Shown: positions 1 to 12,400 of the stretch, one piece after another
Numbering within the stretch: position 1 is the stretch's first letter
Layout: each line of letters starts with the position of its first letter
Source of the DNA: Ascidiella aspersa
Lineage: Eukaryota
Direction of reading: 5' to 3'
Assembly (NCBI GenBank): GCA_963924565.1
Contig: OZ004607.1
Location: 30,318,001 to 30,382,000, forward strand
Length of the DNA: 64,000 nt
Position numbers and translations under genes: made by a program
Notes under the pieces: generated by a model
What the model was told of the DNA's origin: nothing
Seen by the model: the letters and a program-made list of their open reading frames with translations, nothing else
The model's database searches: none

Positions 1-437
1 AGTTTAAATTGCATCTTAAATTTAAACGTCTCTGTAGTGCCAAATATAAACAAAGTTGTAAGGAATGTTGTTATAGTGTTTCTAGCCTGGTCTGGATTGC
101 ACTATTATTCTGATCAGTTGTTACTGGCTAGTACACTCCAGAAGGGCTTGATCACAGAATACACATTTGTGCGTACGTTTCAGTTGTACGGAAAGGGTTT
201 GATTGGAAAATATAACTAAAATTCAAATACCTTATTTTTTTTCAAAAACAGTTTTAAACTGCACACCTTCAGAGGAGACAAAATTTGTTTAGTATTTTTG
301 GAAAGCGCTGTTTCCGAAAAAAAAAGAATTTTTAACTAAACCCTAAATGAAACTACTTTTAAACTACAGCCTGTTGGGACACATCTGACTTCTGGCAAAC
401 TTTACAACAAATATACACTCAAAGAATTGCAACTCAC

Positions 438-463
438 CGAAGAAGTTCGGTCGTTTTCCACGC
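438..463 (-). CDS. ASH1L: Probable 26-nt ASH1L microexon (GVENDRTSS)
   Basis: GTTTCAG|GC...TCG|GTGAGT; accepts phase 1; the next exon is outside the window, so unverified. Confidence 0.5.
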
Positions 464-3400
464 CTGAAACAACATAATAATCAATATATTACGCCTGAAA
501 CAACATAATAAAAAACAACATAATCATCAATATATTACGCCTGAAACAACATAATAATCATTATAACAAAGCTGAAAAGCCAAAGAAAATACAACTCAAA
601 CCTCGGCAGGTTTGATCTTGAAATTTATTTCAAATTACAGACACAACACAAATTAAAATTTGGGACTTTTCAGGCAAATTATGTTTTGCAGTGACGCGCT
701 TTCAAGCGTAAACGGGATCGAACAGTTTCTTCGAAACCATTTTGGAAAGGTTTTCCCCCGATTACGATCCGAATTGCTTTGCAAGCGCTTGAAGGCAAAG
801 TGCACTTGAAACGCCTACTTCGCTTTTAGATCACACAATAAACACTCAAAATGCCTTGCTGAAATGTAGGTTTAATCTCGTAATTGCTCCTGCTCTAATT
901 TGAGCTCATCTCAGAGCCACGCGTAAGCCTTAGTGTAATCCAAACCGAATTTTTCAGTGCGGTTTCGGCCTCTACACTCTGTCGTGTTTTTCCGCCGCGC
1001 CGAACAACGCCCAAGACACGAGACGGTGGCAATTTGGCGTTTTTGGCGGTTGCGCCCGACACAGTTGCACGGGACAGTTGAGTGCTTTGTTTTCGTTGGC
1101 GCGTTCCCAGACAATTTTGCCTCTTAAGGCTTCGGGCCAAAATTCGCGAAAGTGGCCGGACCTAGATTTAGGCCAGGGCCGTGTGAGCTTCAGGCTGTTT
1201 TAAGTGTGGAATGCTTCAAAAGTGATTCCACTGTCCTAATGTTTTTTGCGATTCTTAAGTGCTCTACGTGGTCGCTACAAAGGAAGCTGCAAAGGAAGCT
1301 ATTCACAGATGATGACTTTCTTTAATAGACAGAAAGGCAGTAAAAAAATCGGACGAAATGGCAAATACGCATTAAAAAAAGTAATGGAAGAATAGGGAAA
1401 AAAAAGTTTGACAAACAGATATGTTAATGCCACAAATTCAAGCGGATAAACGACTAGAGGCCGTGATTTTAACTACTTGGTAAAATGCAGACTCTCAGCA
1501 CTAACCCTGGACCAGAACTTGGTATTATCGTCTTTAAATCCCGCCCACCGGTAACCAAACAATTAAGCTGCCGACCCAAAATTACAGGTTAGAGCGCCGC
1601 TTTACAGAATTTCCCGCCACAGTCAATCGAAGAGCGGCCAAACCGCAAACTCGACAACCCTATTTTGCTCGACCGGGGCGCGTCAGCGACAGCTATGACC
1701 CTAAGACGACACCGAAGGGACTGGTTATAAACAAAATAGAGCCGGGCTGGGTATTGGGCTAATTTCCACTGCGGCGTTACTTTTTCAAGTTGACGTTTTT
1801 GAACCATTGATTATTCTGTTTATTTTTCACAGTCTTCAGGTCAAGGGCAGCTCACCTGAGAGAAATCAAGGGCCTTGCAGATATTTTTAAATGGACGTTC
1901 GACCGCCCGTGACCGTCCGCCATATTGGATTAGCGTGCGGTTTTACAAAATGGCCGAGAAATAAATGACCACAAGGTAGAGCAGACATTTTGCGCCATTG
2001 GTTATGGCACGAGAACAACACCAATGCGCAGCAAACTCAACGCGTTTGTTTAAAACTTTCCGATTTACGCGTTTCCGAAAAAAAAATGCAGAGCATTACT
2101 CTCACCTTGCATTGGAAGCGGCTTGTCGCCTTCGCGAAGTTGGCGCAGTTTAACCTGAAAAGGTGTTAAAATTGGTGCGTTAGTTTGCAGCAAAATGTAA
2201 ATCAGGTAGTTTACGAGTTAAGGCGGCATTTTGCAAGACAAACAGTACAGAAACAGTGCGCTCTATATATGGATTCAAACCCTGTAGAGAGTTGTGACTG
2301 TTAAGCATAAAAAGATTCACGCAGCAAATAATATCCGGTAGAAGCACTAAATCTTTACAAAAACAGAGCAATATAGCAAAACGCTACAAGCGACATAAGA
2401 TCCAGATGCTTACCAATGGTGCCATCTGACGGAGGTTGCGGTGCAGGAAGAGTCGATGAGCTCGCACGAATCTGCGCTCCTCGTTGCTCAGGAGAGGGAT
2501 CTGCTGGGAGTCGATCCTCTGGATGTTGTTGCCCTAGAAACAAGCAGGAGATCTTTGCTTGGAGGTTTTAGATATCAACGGAGGAATTTAACTTCGATAA
2601 AAGAGATTTTTTTCTCTAATTAACAAGGACACTATTTTTGTTAATTTACATATTTTATTAAGTGAATCAATAATTTCAATTTTCTCAAATATAGCGAGTT
2701 CTATAAACTGATTGCTCTTCCATATTTTTTAACAGTAATATATTTGCATGTGTAATCTACATTTATTATAGACGGTCATTCCGCAAGGTAAACACGTTCA
2801 ATAGAAAAATAACACCATTAATGTGGTCATTGTCGCAAAAACATTGCGCTCAATCGCACCAATATTTATTTTGCAACTTTATTTTATAACAAGTTTGTTT
2901 TAATCAGCCACTTAACACAGTTACGCTAAACTCACGCAAAACTCTTCGCTGTCGTTGTGCAAAGGCGCCTTGCTAGTTTTGACTCGCCCAGCATCGGCGC
3001 CCCTGATTCCAGCCTTGCCGGCCCGGGCGCTGTGAAGGTGACCTTCGGAATAGACCTTCTGCGTCTTGCCGCCGATCACGCCCCGGCACTCCTTGGCACC
3101 GCACCTGTGTGTCAACGACAAAGAGCTGTCACTTACGGCGATCGGGTTCAAAGAAAATTACACAGCATTGCAACTAAAACGACGTCAGAAGGCAAAGGTC
3201 TCCTTTACAAATGGGCATATTCGGTAGCGTGGGACGTTTACAAACCAAACTGGTGCCGTTTATTGTGCGCAGTCCCGCTTTTACAGGTTTATTCGTGGGC
3301 GCAAAACGCAGCGAACCTTGCACGCCACAGTCAAGGATCCGGCTTGAAACGGTGACTTTCCGTGGCCAATTTAAAAGCATTGCTTCATCCATAACCGCAC

Positions 3401-6400
3401 CATTGCCACATCGAACGTAATAACAGAGCTGACGATGAGAATAGCGTCGCTCTCTGGATTAATCGGTAGGAAATAGCCGATTTCCAGGTTGAAAAGAAGG
3501 GACAATCCGTTAAACCCGGTAGTTCTATCCTGTTCAGCGTCCGATGAATAAATAAGTGGCAAACAAAATATTCAAGGCCCTTTATAGTATTGATTTTACT
3601 TTTAAGCCTATTATGGAAGATCTTTTTACGAAAGCTTAAACTTTTGCCTATATAGCTATACCCAGGTAAAATCCAGCCTGTGTTTGTATTTTAGCGCGTT
3701 CGCCAATAATGTTGCAACTTTTTATCCGACGCTGGATACGGTCCAAATCTAAAAGGGCGCCGTTGCAAGTCGACTGATTTTCGCTGCGCGCGCGAGAACA
3801 AAAGCCACGCAAATATTTGGGCCGAAAACAGAGAAGAGGCAGATATTTTTGGGGGTTCAAGTCGAACGCTCGAGGCTTAACGCGGATCAGGCTCGAAAAA
3901 TCGTAAACACGATTTTTTAACTATTAGCTTTAAAACTGTTCCAATTTAAAATTGACAAGCATGCACCAGTTGCGGTGTATATAACCGTGAATATAAGTGT
4001 TCCCCAATAATTTTTTTTCGCGGCCATCTAAATACAAAGCGGCTGACGTTTGGCGACACGAATAGATTAATTGAACTTTTTTTAAGCTATCAAAACGTAA
4101 GACATTGGCATTAATAAGAACGAATTACTTGATATAATCCATTTATTCGTATTTTCCTAACTTTCTCAAATTTTGGATAAATCTTGCTCAGAACAAATCC
4201 CCATTAATCTAGTAATGTGATAAACAGCGACCCAGTTTTGGGCCACGACCCATGTGTCGAGGAACACAATCACATGAATAACGGAAACTGCACATTATCT
4301 ATTTTAACGTTTTATAATCCAGCACTGCCAAATATGGAGTTACGTCGCCAGGCTCAAATGAGACGAGGGTAAAATTTAAAAGTAAACACGGGTGTTGTCA
4401 GCCTGTCAGAACTGTATTTGTTTACCTATTTTGGTGATGGGGCTTCTGCTCCGTTTTTGCCGGGCCCCATATTCAGACATGATTCTGTGCAATGTGCACG
4501 TTAAACAGCTAGCGAAAGTCAGCAGCCTGCCAAATGGCTTTGATTCAAGTAAACACCATAAAATTGATCATATAGGATGCCTTAACAGCGGGCCGCTACA
4601 TTTAAAATTCCATGCAAACTTTGCAAACACTAAGTAGCGTAACAGGAATAAAAAAGTAAACATAATTCATGCATGGTTTACTTTTTAAAGTAAAATCAGC
4701 AGCCTGCCAAATGGCTCTGATTCAAGTAAACAACATAAAAGTCATCATAGAATGCCTTAACAGCGGGCCGCTACATTTAAAATTCCATGCACACTTTGCA
4801 AACACTAAGTAGAGTAACAGAAATCAAAAAAATAACTATTATTTAATTAAAAAAAATTGAACAAAAACATATTAAACAAAATTCACGCCTAAGCAACACC
4901 ACCACACAAAAAGAATACAAAAAAAGAAAAAAATCCAATTATCTTGGCCTGAGGAAGTGGTTAGACGTAGAATGAATATCAAAGTCAATACACAATTATA
5001 TCATACCTATTTCTGTGTGGGCTTTGATATTCATTCTACTTCTATCGTATTGATTCGGTACAAAAATAAGCCAGAACCCTTTTTCGACGGTGGTCTTACC
5101 GGCAGAGCTGCTGCCTGTCGAGATTGTAGGCGTGGAAGTTGTAATCGTACGTCAGTTCTTCGCCGGGAGCGATTAATTTCTTTGCAAAGAGTCCGATCCT
5201 GTATTCTCCCTTTACAACCCACTTTTGCATCTCGCAGTTCGGCTGGCAGCTGAAGAGACACACACTCACGGTTATTACCAGAGTACACACTCACGGTTAT
5301 TACCAGAGTTACAATTTAATTTGTTTGTGTGCCGTTTTTTAATTTTATAAATGCTGTTTGCTTTTCAGATGAAGCAGTGACTCGCTGTTTGTAAATAAAA
5401 GTACAATTTTGATTAAAAATGACTCTGTTTTAAATTTTTTTACCGTTTTTGTTGTAATTTTTATTAACATAATTTTTTATCAAAACAATCACCAAGATGA
5501 CAGTCTCATATTGAGTTAAATCATCTTTTAACAGGAATTTAGAAACTGATGATATTGAGGTTGGAACCGACGACAGATCGTAGCGTCGACATTGTCATGT
5601 ACTACTGGGATGACATCCATTCGGTATTTTAATCACTGTAAGCAATTCAACAGAGTAATTTGCCAGGCATTTTATGTCAAATTTACGAATAGTTTGAAAA
5701 CGTTTTGGCGAGACTACGGGCAATAGGTTTCAAATCTAATTATCAAGAAATTAACATTGGAACACAAAATGCTTGCGCAGTAGTCATGTGAGAGGTAACT
5801 ATAAGCTTTCCGTTGGGAAGATTTAAATGTTTTCAAAACGGTGGCTACCGTTTTATGTTTCTTTTACTTATATTTGGAAATGATGCCGCTTTTAGCATGG
5901 ACGCCCAGTAATGCTGCACAAGTTACCGCACTATCAAATTACTTATTTTCATATTAAAAAGCGAACCACAATTATTCGAGCGAAAGCAAGACAACGTCGT
6001 CATGGGCAGTTCCTGTGGTATACTATTGCAGTGCAAGTGTAACAAGAGTCGACAAAATAAAAAAGGAAAAAATAAAATCGGTTTATTACGAGAACGTAAC
6101 TAAAACAACACTTAAACCTGGCGTAACCTGCTAATTATAGCCGTTGTGTTGGTCGGTAAGTTTAAATTTATGATTTGCATAAATCAGTGCCATGTGCAAT
6201 TCGCGGAGGCGAGAATTCCCGCAAAAACGGGCAAATTGTACGGAAACAGCATGTCAAACCCTGCGTTAGAACAGTCTTATTTCATCAAAAGTGTCCAATT
6301 TTTTTTCCTGAATTCCTAGGTATAGGAACGAGGCCACGAAACCTATAAACTAAATTATTAATTATACATAAATGCTATTTTTTTTATCTCATGCTTGCCC

Positions 6401-9400
6401 GTTTTATTGGAGAGTGTTTTAGCCTACAGGCACTGTAAGAAGGTGACACTATGTTAATTGGTTTATCTTATTTGGACCCTGGGAGTCTCCAACACTTTAT
6501 CTAACCTGTGGTTGACGAAGCGTCCCTCGTTTGCCATTCTGTAGCCGTCGATCACCTTTCCAGCCTCAAGCTGGATGCAGTAGTGGTCGCTGTGTGCGTT
6601 GTAGTTCTCGATCGTTCGACGCCGGAACTCACGGTCCGACACCACCTCGCCCACGTATTCCAGGATAAAGTCGCCTGTAGGAGATGGAATGAATCAAGTT
6701 TAAGTTAGAGTACACTAGTTGTTTTGAAATGAGTTTCCCAATAAAGAAGTATAACCTGTAACTAACGTCCGAGTCAATTCATAATTAATATTTTAGACTT
6801 TAAAATGATACTGTTTTATTCTTACCATTATGTCCAACCGCAATTACAAAAAACACAAATAGCAGCCAACTGTTTAACGCGGTAAAGTCCAATTTAATTT
6901 ATGTACAATTTAAGCCAGTCGCTGACTTTGGTCCTTACAACATTATAGTACAGTCATTATAAGTAGTTATCTAAGTTTGCACAAATTATTTATCTGAAGA
7001 CCTCAAATAATAAATTCAGCATTTTCCAACATATTTGTTAAGTAAATCAAGATAACTTGAGCAAAAGGTAAGTTTGAAAATAAAGAATAAAATTAACAAA
7101 GATAAACATTTCGTTAAAAAATCACCAGGTTTGTATATTAAAAATAAAGTAGGTCAAATCCATTCAACGAAGCCTCAGTTTCTAAGTTTTTTTACTTGTT
7201 GTTTGGAAATAAACACATTATATGGGTCTACTTTACAGTTTCCAGGGAAACACGCCATCATACAACAACACAACACGAATATAATTACCTTCGGAAATCT
7301 GTCCGTTTGTCTTCACTCCCCATCCGCGGTCGGCGGTGCGGAACCGTTCCAGCTCGCTGCACCACTGCTTGTTCTGAATCGAGCGGTTGCCGCACCTGGA
7401 CGGGAAATGGCAAAAATACACACGTCAAGCAAAATCATCAAGCCGGAAAGTTTACAGGCTACAAGTATATTTGCATAGTCACGCTTGGAATCGGATATCT
7501 TGGCGAGCGATAAGTGTGATTTTTTTGAGTTTTTAGTAACTTTATAGGCAGCTAAAAAAAATCTAAAACAAAGTTATCCAGAAGTGTTTGTCGTTGAGAA
7601 AAAAACGTGAGCTTTTGCTAAACAGTAAAAATAGCTACTGGATTGGGGATTTCCAAGCAAGATGGCGGTGAGAAGCGAAAGCCAATGCGGTTTGGACTTA
7701 TTTCCATATAACAAGCCAGAGGAGTAACCCTATATTAGGTTTCGGTAAGAGCGTATGCGACTGTAAATTAAGATCTTTTCGCAACCCATTACAAAACCAA
7801 GGCGTAGAAATAGCGGCCTGACTTGCTATTTTATAAAATCTTGACCTAGGTAAACGTCTAATTAAAAGAAAATTTTAACAAAATAGAGGTTGTTTCCATT
7901 TTTACAGTTTTTACATGCTGGGAAAACACTACAAAATGTAACACAAAATCTAGAAGAAGGGACTGAAAAGATACGATAACACCCCGCACAAAGTACACCG
8001 TAAATTAAACCTCGATGAGCAAAGTTTCCACCGAAAAAGGGACACGTTATGTGCCCATGGCCTACCCCGGGCCTAGTTCAAGGGCAAGGTCAAAGGATCG
8101 TGAAATATTAATAGCGGCAGGAAGCAGGCGAAGAGACGGTGTCGCGACATCGCTGAGCTAACACGACGGCCTCGTCTGTTCAGCTGCCAATGTTGGCAGG
8201 TCAATGTGTCAAAAGGCGCCGTTACCGACAATTTGCGTTACGCTTCGTCTTCTACAGTGCAACAAAGCGGCTACCCGCCACAATCAGTCACGAGTTTTAA
8301 TAAAACGATAAGAACGGTAGCGGCAGGGACGCCGGAGAGGGGATGCAAAAGTGCCCTTTTCATGAAAAATTATATATTGCTTTCACAACGTTAAATATTA
8401 TGCGACGGAAATCATAAAGCACCATTTTAAAATCATAAAGCACCATGAACCATTTTAAGCCAATCTAGAGGGCGTGGCCGCAAAAATTTTTCCGGGGTTG
8501 TACCCCCGGACCCCCCATACAAATATTTTAGCGTGCATATTTCATGACGACTGTTAATCCACTATTTACTGAGAAATTTACTTTTTACCTGATAAAACGT
8601 TGCTTTGGTAATTTGTTTGCAAACCATGCCTGAAAGGCTGAAATGAATTTTCAATCGGACCAGCACTGATACCACCCAGTACCGCACCAGTAACAATACA
8701 ACCACTTGAAATCGTGTATCGGCTCAAAAACCGATATTATTGAATACTCTTAGTCACGACCTACAAATCATATCAACTATTTGATCGAACCTGGGCCTAT
8801 ACGCGTAAGAACGCCCCCCCCCCAAAAAAAAAAGTCGTAGAAACGTCACATGTACGTTTAAGGCTGTCTTGTTCGCATCACAGCTTTTTATTTTATTTTT
8901 TAGAAAAAAACACCCAAATGAAGGTTTCGAATGAAATAGCCAATGGTTTAAATTAAAGCGTTATTTCTTACATCTTTCCACACGGGCAAGTCTCGGGTGA
9001 ACACTCGATGTACATGAGCCGGTTGAGGCACTCCTTGCCGCATCCCTCCACCTGAGAGGAGGAGGAGGAGGAGTGGTGGATGTCGGAGAGCGTCTTGCAC
9101 ACGCAGATGTGCTCCTCCTGGTCCGAGCTCGGTTGCGTGTCGACGTACACGTCTGTGACGAAACAAGAGTGTCAATCTGATATTAATGACTTCATAACTA
9201 TACTCAAACAATTAAAATAGTTTAAATTAAATCCCGTTAAACGATATTTTTTTCATATCATTAGGACAAAATTTGCTGTAGTTTAATTACCATCATTTGT
9301 TAACCTACTATTTTTTTAGGAATATACCTTTTGAGGTAGAAATTGCTGCATAGATTTGCAATCCATGGCAGAATTTATTAAATAGCAAATTACCAAAAAA

Positions 9401-12400
9401 TTGTAAGAAATTTTCCCCGTAAAAATGCCCAATTGATCATTTTTGCCATTTCGACCAAAGTTTTGCCAAAATATATGGTACTGAACACCCTTCAGTAGGA
9501 CACATAGCGACTATTTGGTACAGGTAACTTTTATATTTGGCCCTGGCTTAATTTAAATTAGTTCAGATATTTTCATCTAGTGTTTAAAAATGGAAAACAA
9601 TCATGGCTAAAATACCCAAATCAATTTAGATACGACTTTAGTATCGGACGAATATCGACATTACCACTTGCCATCGAATTTCGGCTTTGATCCGATACTA
9701 TATGACATCCCTACATATAACTAAGGATATCCGCTAATCGGAGCCGATACTTGATACCAAGTGATGTAGTTAGTCCGATACTAGGGTGATATCGGTGCCC
9801 AACCAATATCGAATTACTTTGTGCCGAACAGCCATGTTTTTTAACCTAGAGTTTTCTACCTATTAAGGATTGTTTCGAGTATATATTAGATTAAAGATAC
9901 AAGATGAAAAGGCTTCCTGACGTAAAAGCAAATTCCGGCCTATTACATAAGACAATCATTACAATTACAATTTTTCAGTTGAAACAATATTGCTGATGTG
10001 GCCATAGTAATGACGTGATTTGGTATGAGATCGCATCGCGATCATTTTGCTTAAAATATGGGGTTTAGTTTATTAATCGATTTTGTTATTGCTATTTTGT
10101 CGACACTTTAGTTAAGTGAACACAGACAATGAGGCGGCGAACTCTAACTTAACTACTTGGCTTCAATAAAACGTTTTAATGTTCCATACTAAAATTTTCG
10201 AAATTATAGGTAATCCTATGAATTTAAATAAACATACAATTTATCCAACAAATACGTAAACTATATTTTATTTTAAATTAAGCTGATTTTAAAACCTTCG
10301 GAGTAGCACAACATTACGGTGTTAGAAGTACATTTTGGAGTGGTTTAATGTGCTTTTAACAGCTGTTCATATTCCTAATTATCTTACACAAATTCGAAAC
10401 AACGGCATATTTAACGCAGAAAGACAAAACATACTGAGTTTGCAATTGTACAAAACACAAAGAAAAAAATACACCGTAATATGTGTTTAACTTAATCGCA
10501 CAAACTTCAAGAAAAAAAACTTTAATAAATCTCGAAAAAAATCAAAATACATTAAATTTGGAACTACGCTGATTTAAAAGAGTTGCAAAAGGATTGGAAG
10601 TACATCTCGAACAGGGCTGAATAGCCGTTGGTGAATTTTACGCAAATTCGAGAAAAGTAAACATAAACCGAGTTTTGCGATCGGACAAAACACAAAATGT
10701 GTACTGTGATATGTTTCTTACTGAATCGCACAAACTTCAATAAAAAACTTTATCAAAAATCTCGACTCACTTGCGTCAATCTTCACAAATCTGGTGGCGG
10801 GGTCTTGCCGGGCGTGGATCCTCTTCTGGTTGTACATCCACCAGATGTCGTACGGCAGCTGGAAGTCCCTGGTCGCCTTGCGCAGGAAGAGCCCGGCGTG
10901 GGAGGGAGGAGGAAGCAGCGGGGAAGAGGAGGAGGACTCGTCCTCCGCATCCATGACGTCATCGCTGGAGGAAGAAGAAGAGTTTTAGAATTAAAATGAA
11001 GTAAGTAATCCTGCTTCAAGGTGCTGACTTAAAGACACATTTTTGATAAATATACACAGTTTGTATATGACCAACTGTTGAATTTTCTTATAAAACTTTT
11101 AACGCGGCATTAAAATAGTACGCGAGATAGTGTTCACTGTTTTTCTTGATTGGAGTTTTTTTTAGATTGATATGTTGTTGAGACTTTTTGTGAAATTATT
11201 TTAGTTGGTATATTTTCTCAAGATAAGGTTTGTGGTATTGCATTTAATGGACTCCAAAGCTACATTTTTTGTATTGGTGAGCTTGGTAATTTTTCTACGT
11301 TTTTTTTTGTCTACCGCTTTTTAGTAATCTATACAGTCGTAGAGCTACTTGAATTTTATTGTTGAAATCTAATCACAATTTTCTTTCCGAGCCGAACGGG
11401 TAAAATAAACTTTACGGTAAATATTACCACAAAGAACTTAAAATAAAGTAAAACAGAAGTTGCCAAATGCAAACAACAAATAATCAAAAATTTATGATTG
11501 CCCAACAGCCATTACGGTGCGAAAATATCTGTAATTTTAGAACAAACCGCATGGTGTTAGTCGCAGGGCTGAATCCAATTCCCAACACGGCGCGATGCAA
11601 ATAGTTTGTTTTACATGTAAAAAGCGTCGAGATAAGAGTCTGCTAAACGACACCCGAACGAAAATAAAATCCACGGCTGATGTTTAATGGACCATTTTAA
11701 ATATCTGCGTACAAACGTGAGACTAAACATAGCGCTTAGTGATCGAATTCCGATGGCCGGACTCGACATTAAAAGTGGCGATATCGTAAAAACATCGACG
11801 GCGACGCTAAATTTAACCTTGAGCAATAGGGTTTGCGGCCACTCGGGATTTCGGTCATATATGAGTCACACTGTGAGCGGCGAAGGGCCATCGCGACGAT
11901 ATAGACGAAAGGCGCGACTAAAATCCGCACACTTTGCATTTACCGCTTGGTATTAATAAAACATGGGTATTTTCGTCTGGCGTCCTGCGAGCCTTGTTGT
12001 TGCCATTGCGCAACAGCTGGAAACTTAAGTGTGCTGCCTGATGTGAAACGCCTCTGATTAAGTGGCGCAATTATATCGCATTGAAGTGGACGACGATGTC
12101 AGCTGTTTGATACGTGTATTCGCGTCAATTGGCTCATAGAAAGCAAACACGACCATTTAAATCGGTGATCTTGGATTTTGCTAGAAATCACGTGGGTGAG
12201 TTAATACCTACGCCTATTTTGTTCAGTCCTTAAAGTGTATATTATGACCGTGCTGTGCATTTAATTTCATATTTTTAGAACAAAGCACCCCAGATCATTG
12301 TAACAGTCATGTAATGGTAAAAAGTCAAATTAAGTTGTAATAAATTTCCAAACCAAACCAAAAACCACAACCAACCAACCAACCAACCAACCAACCAACC

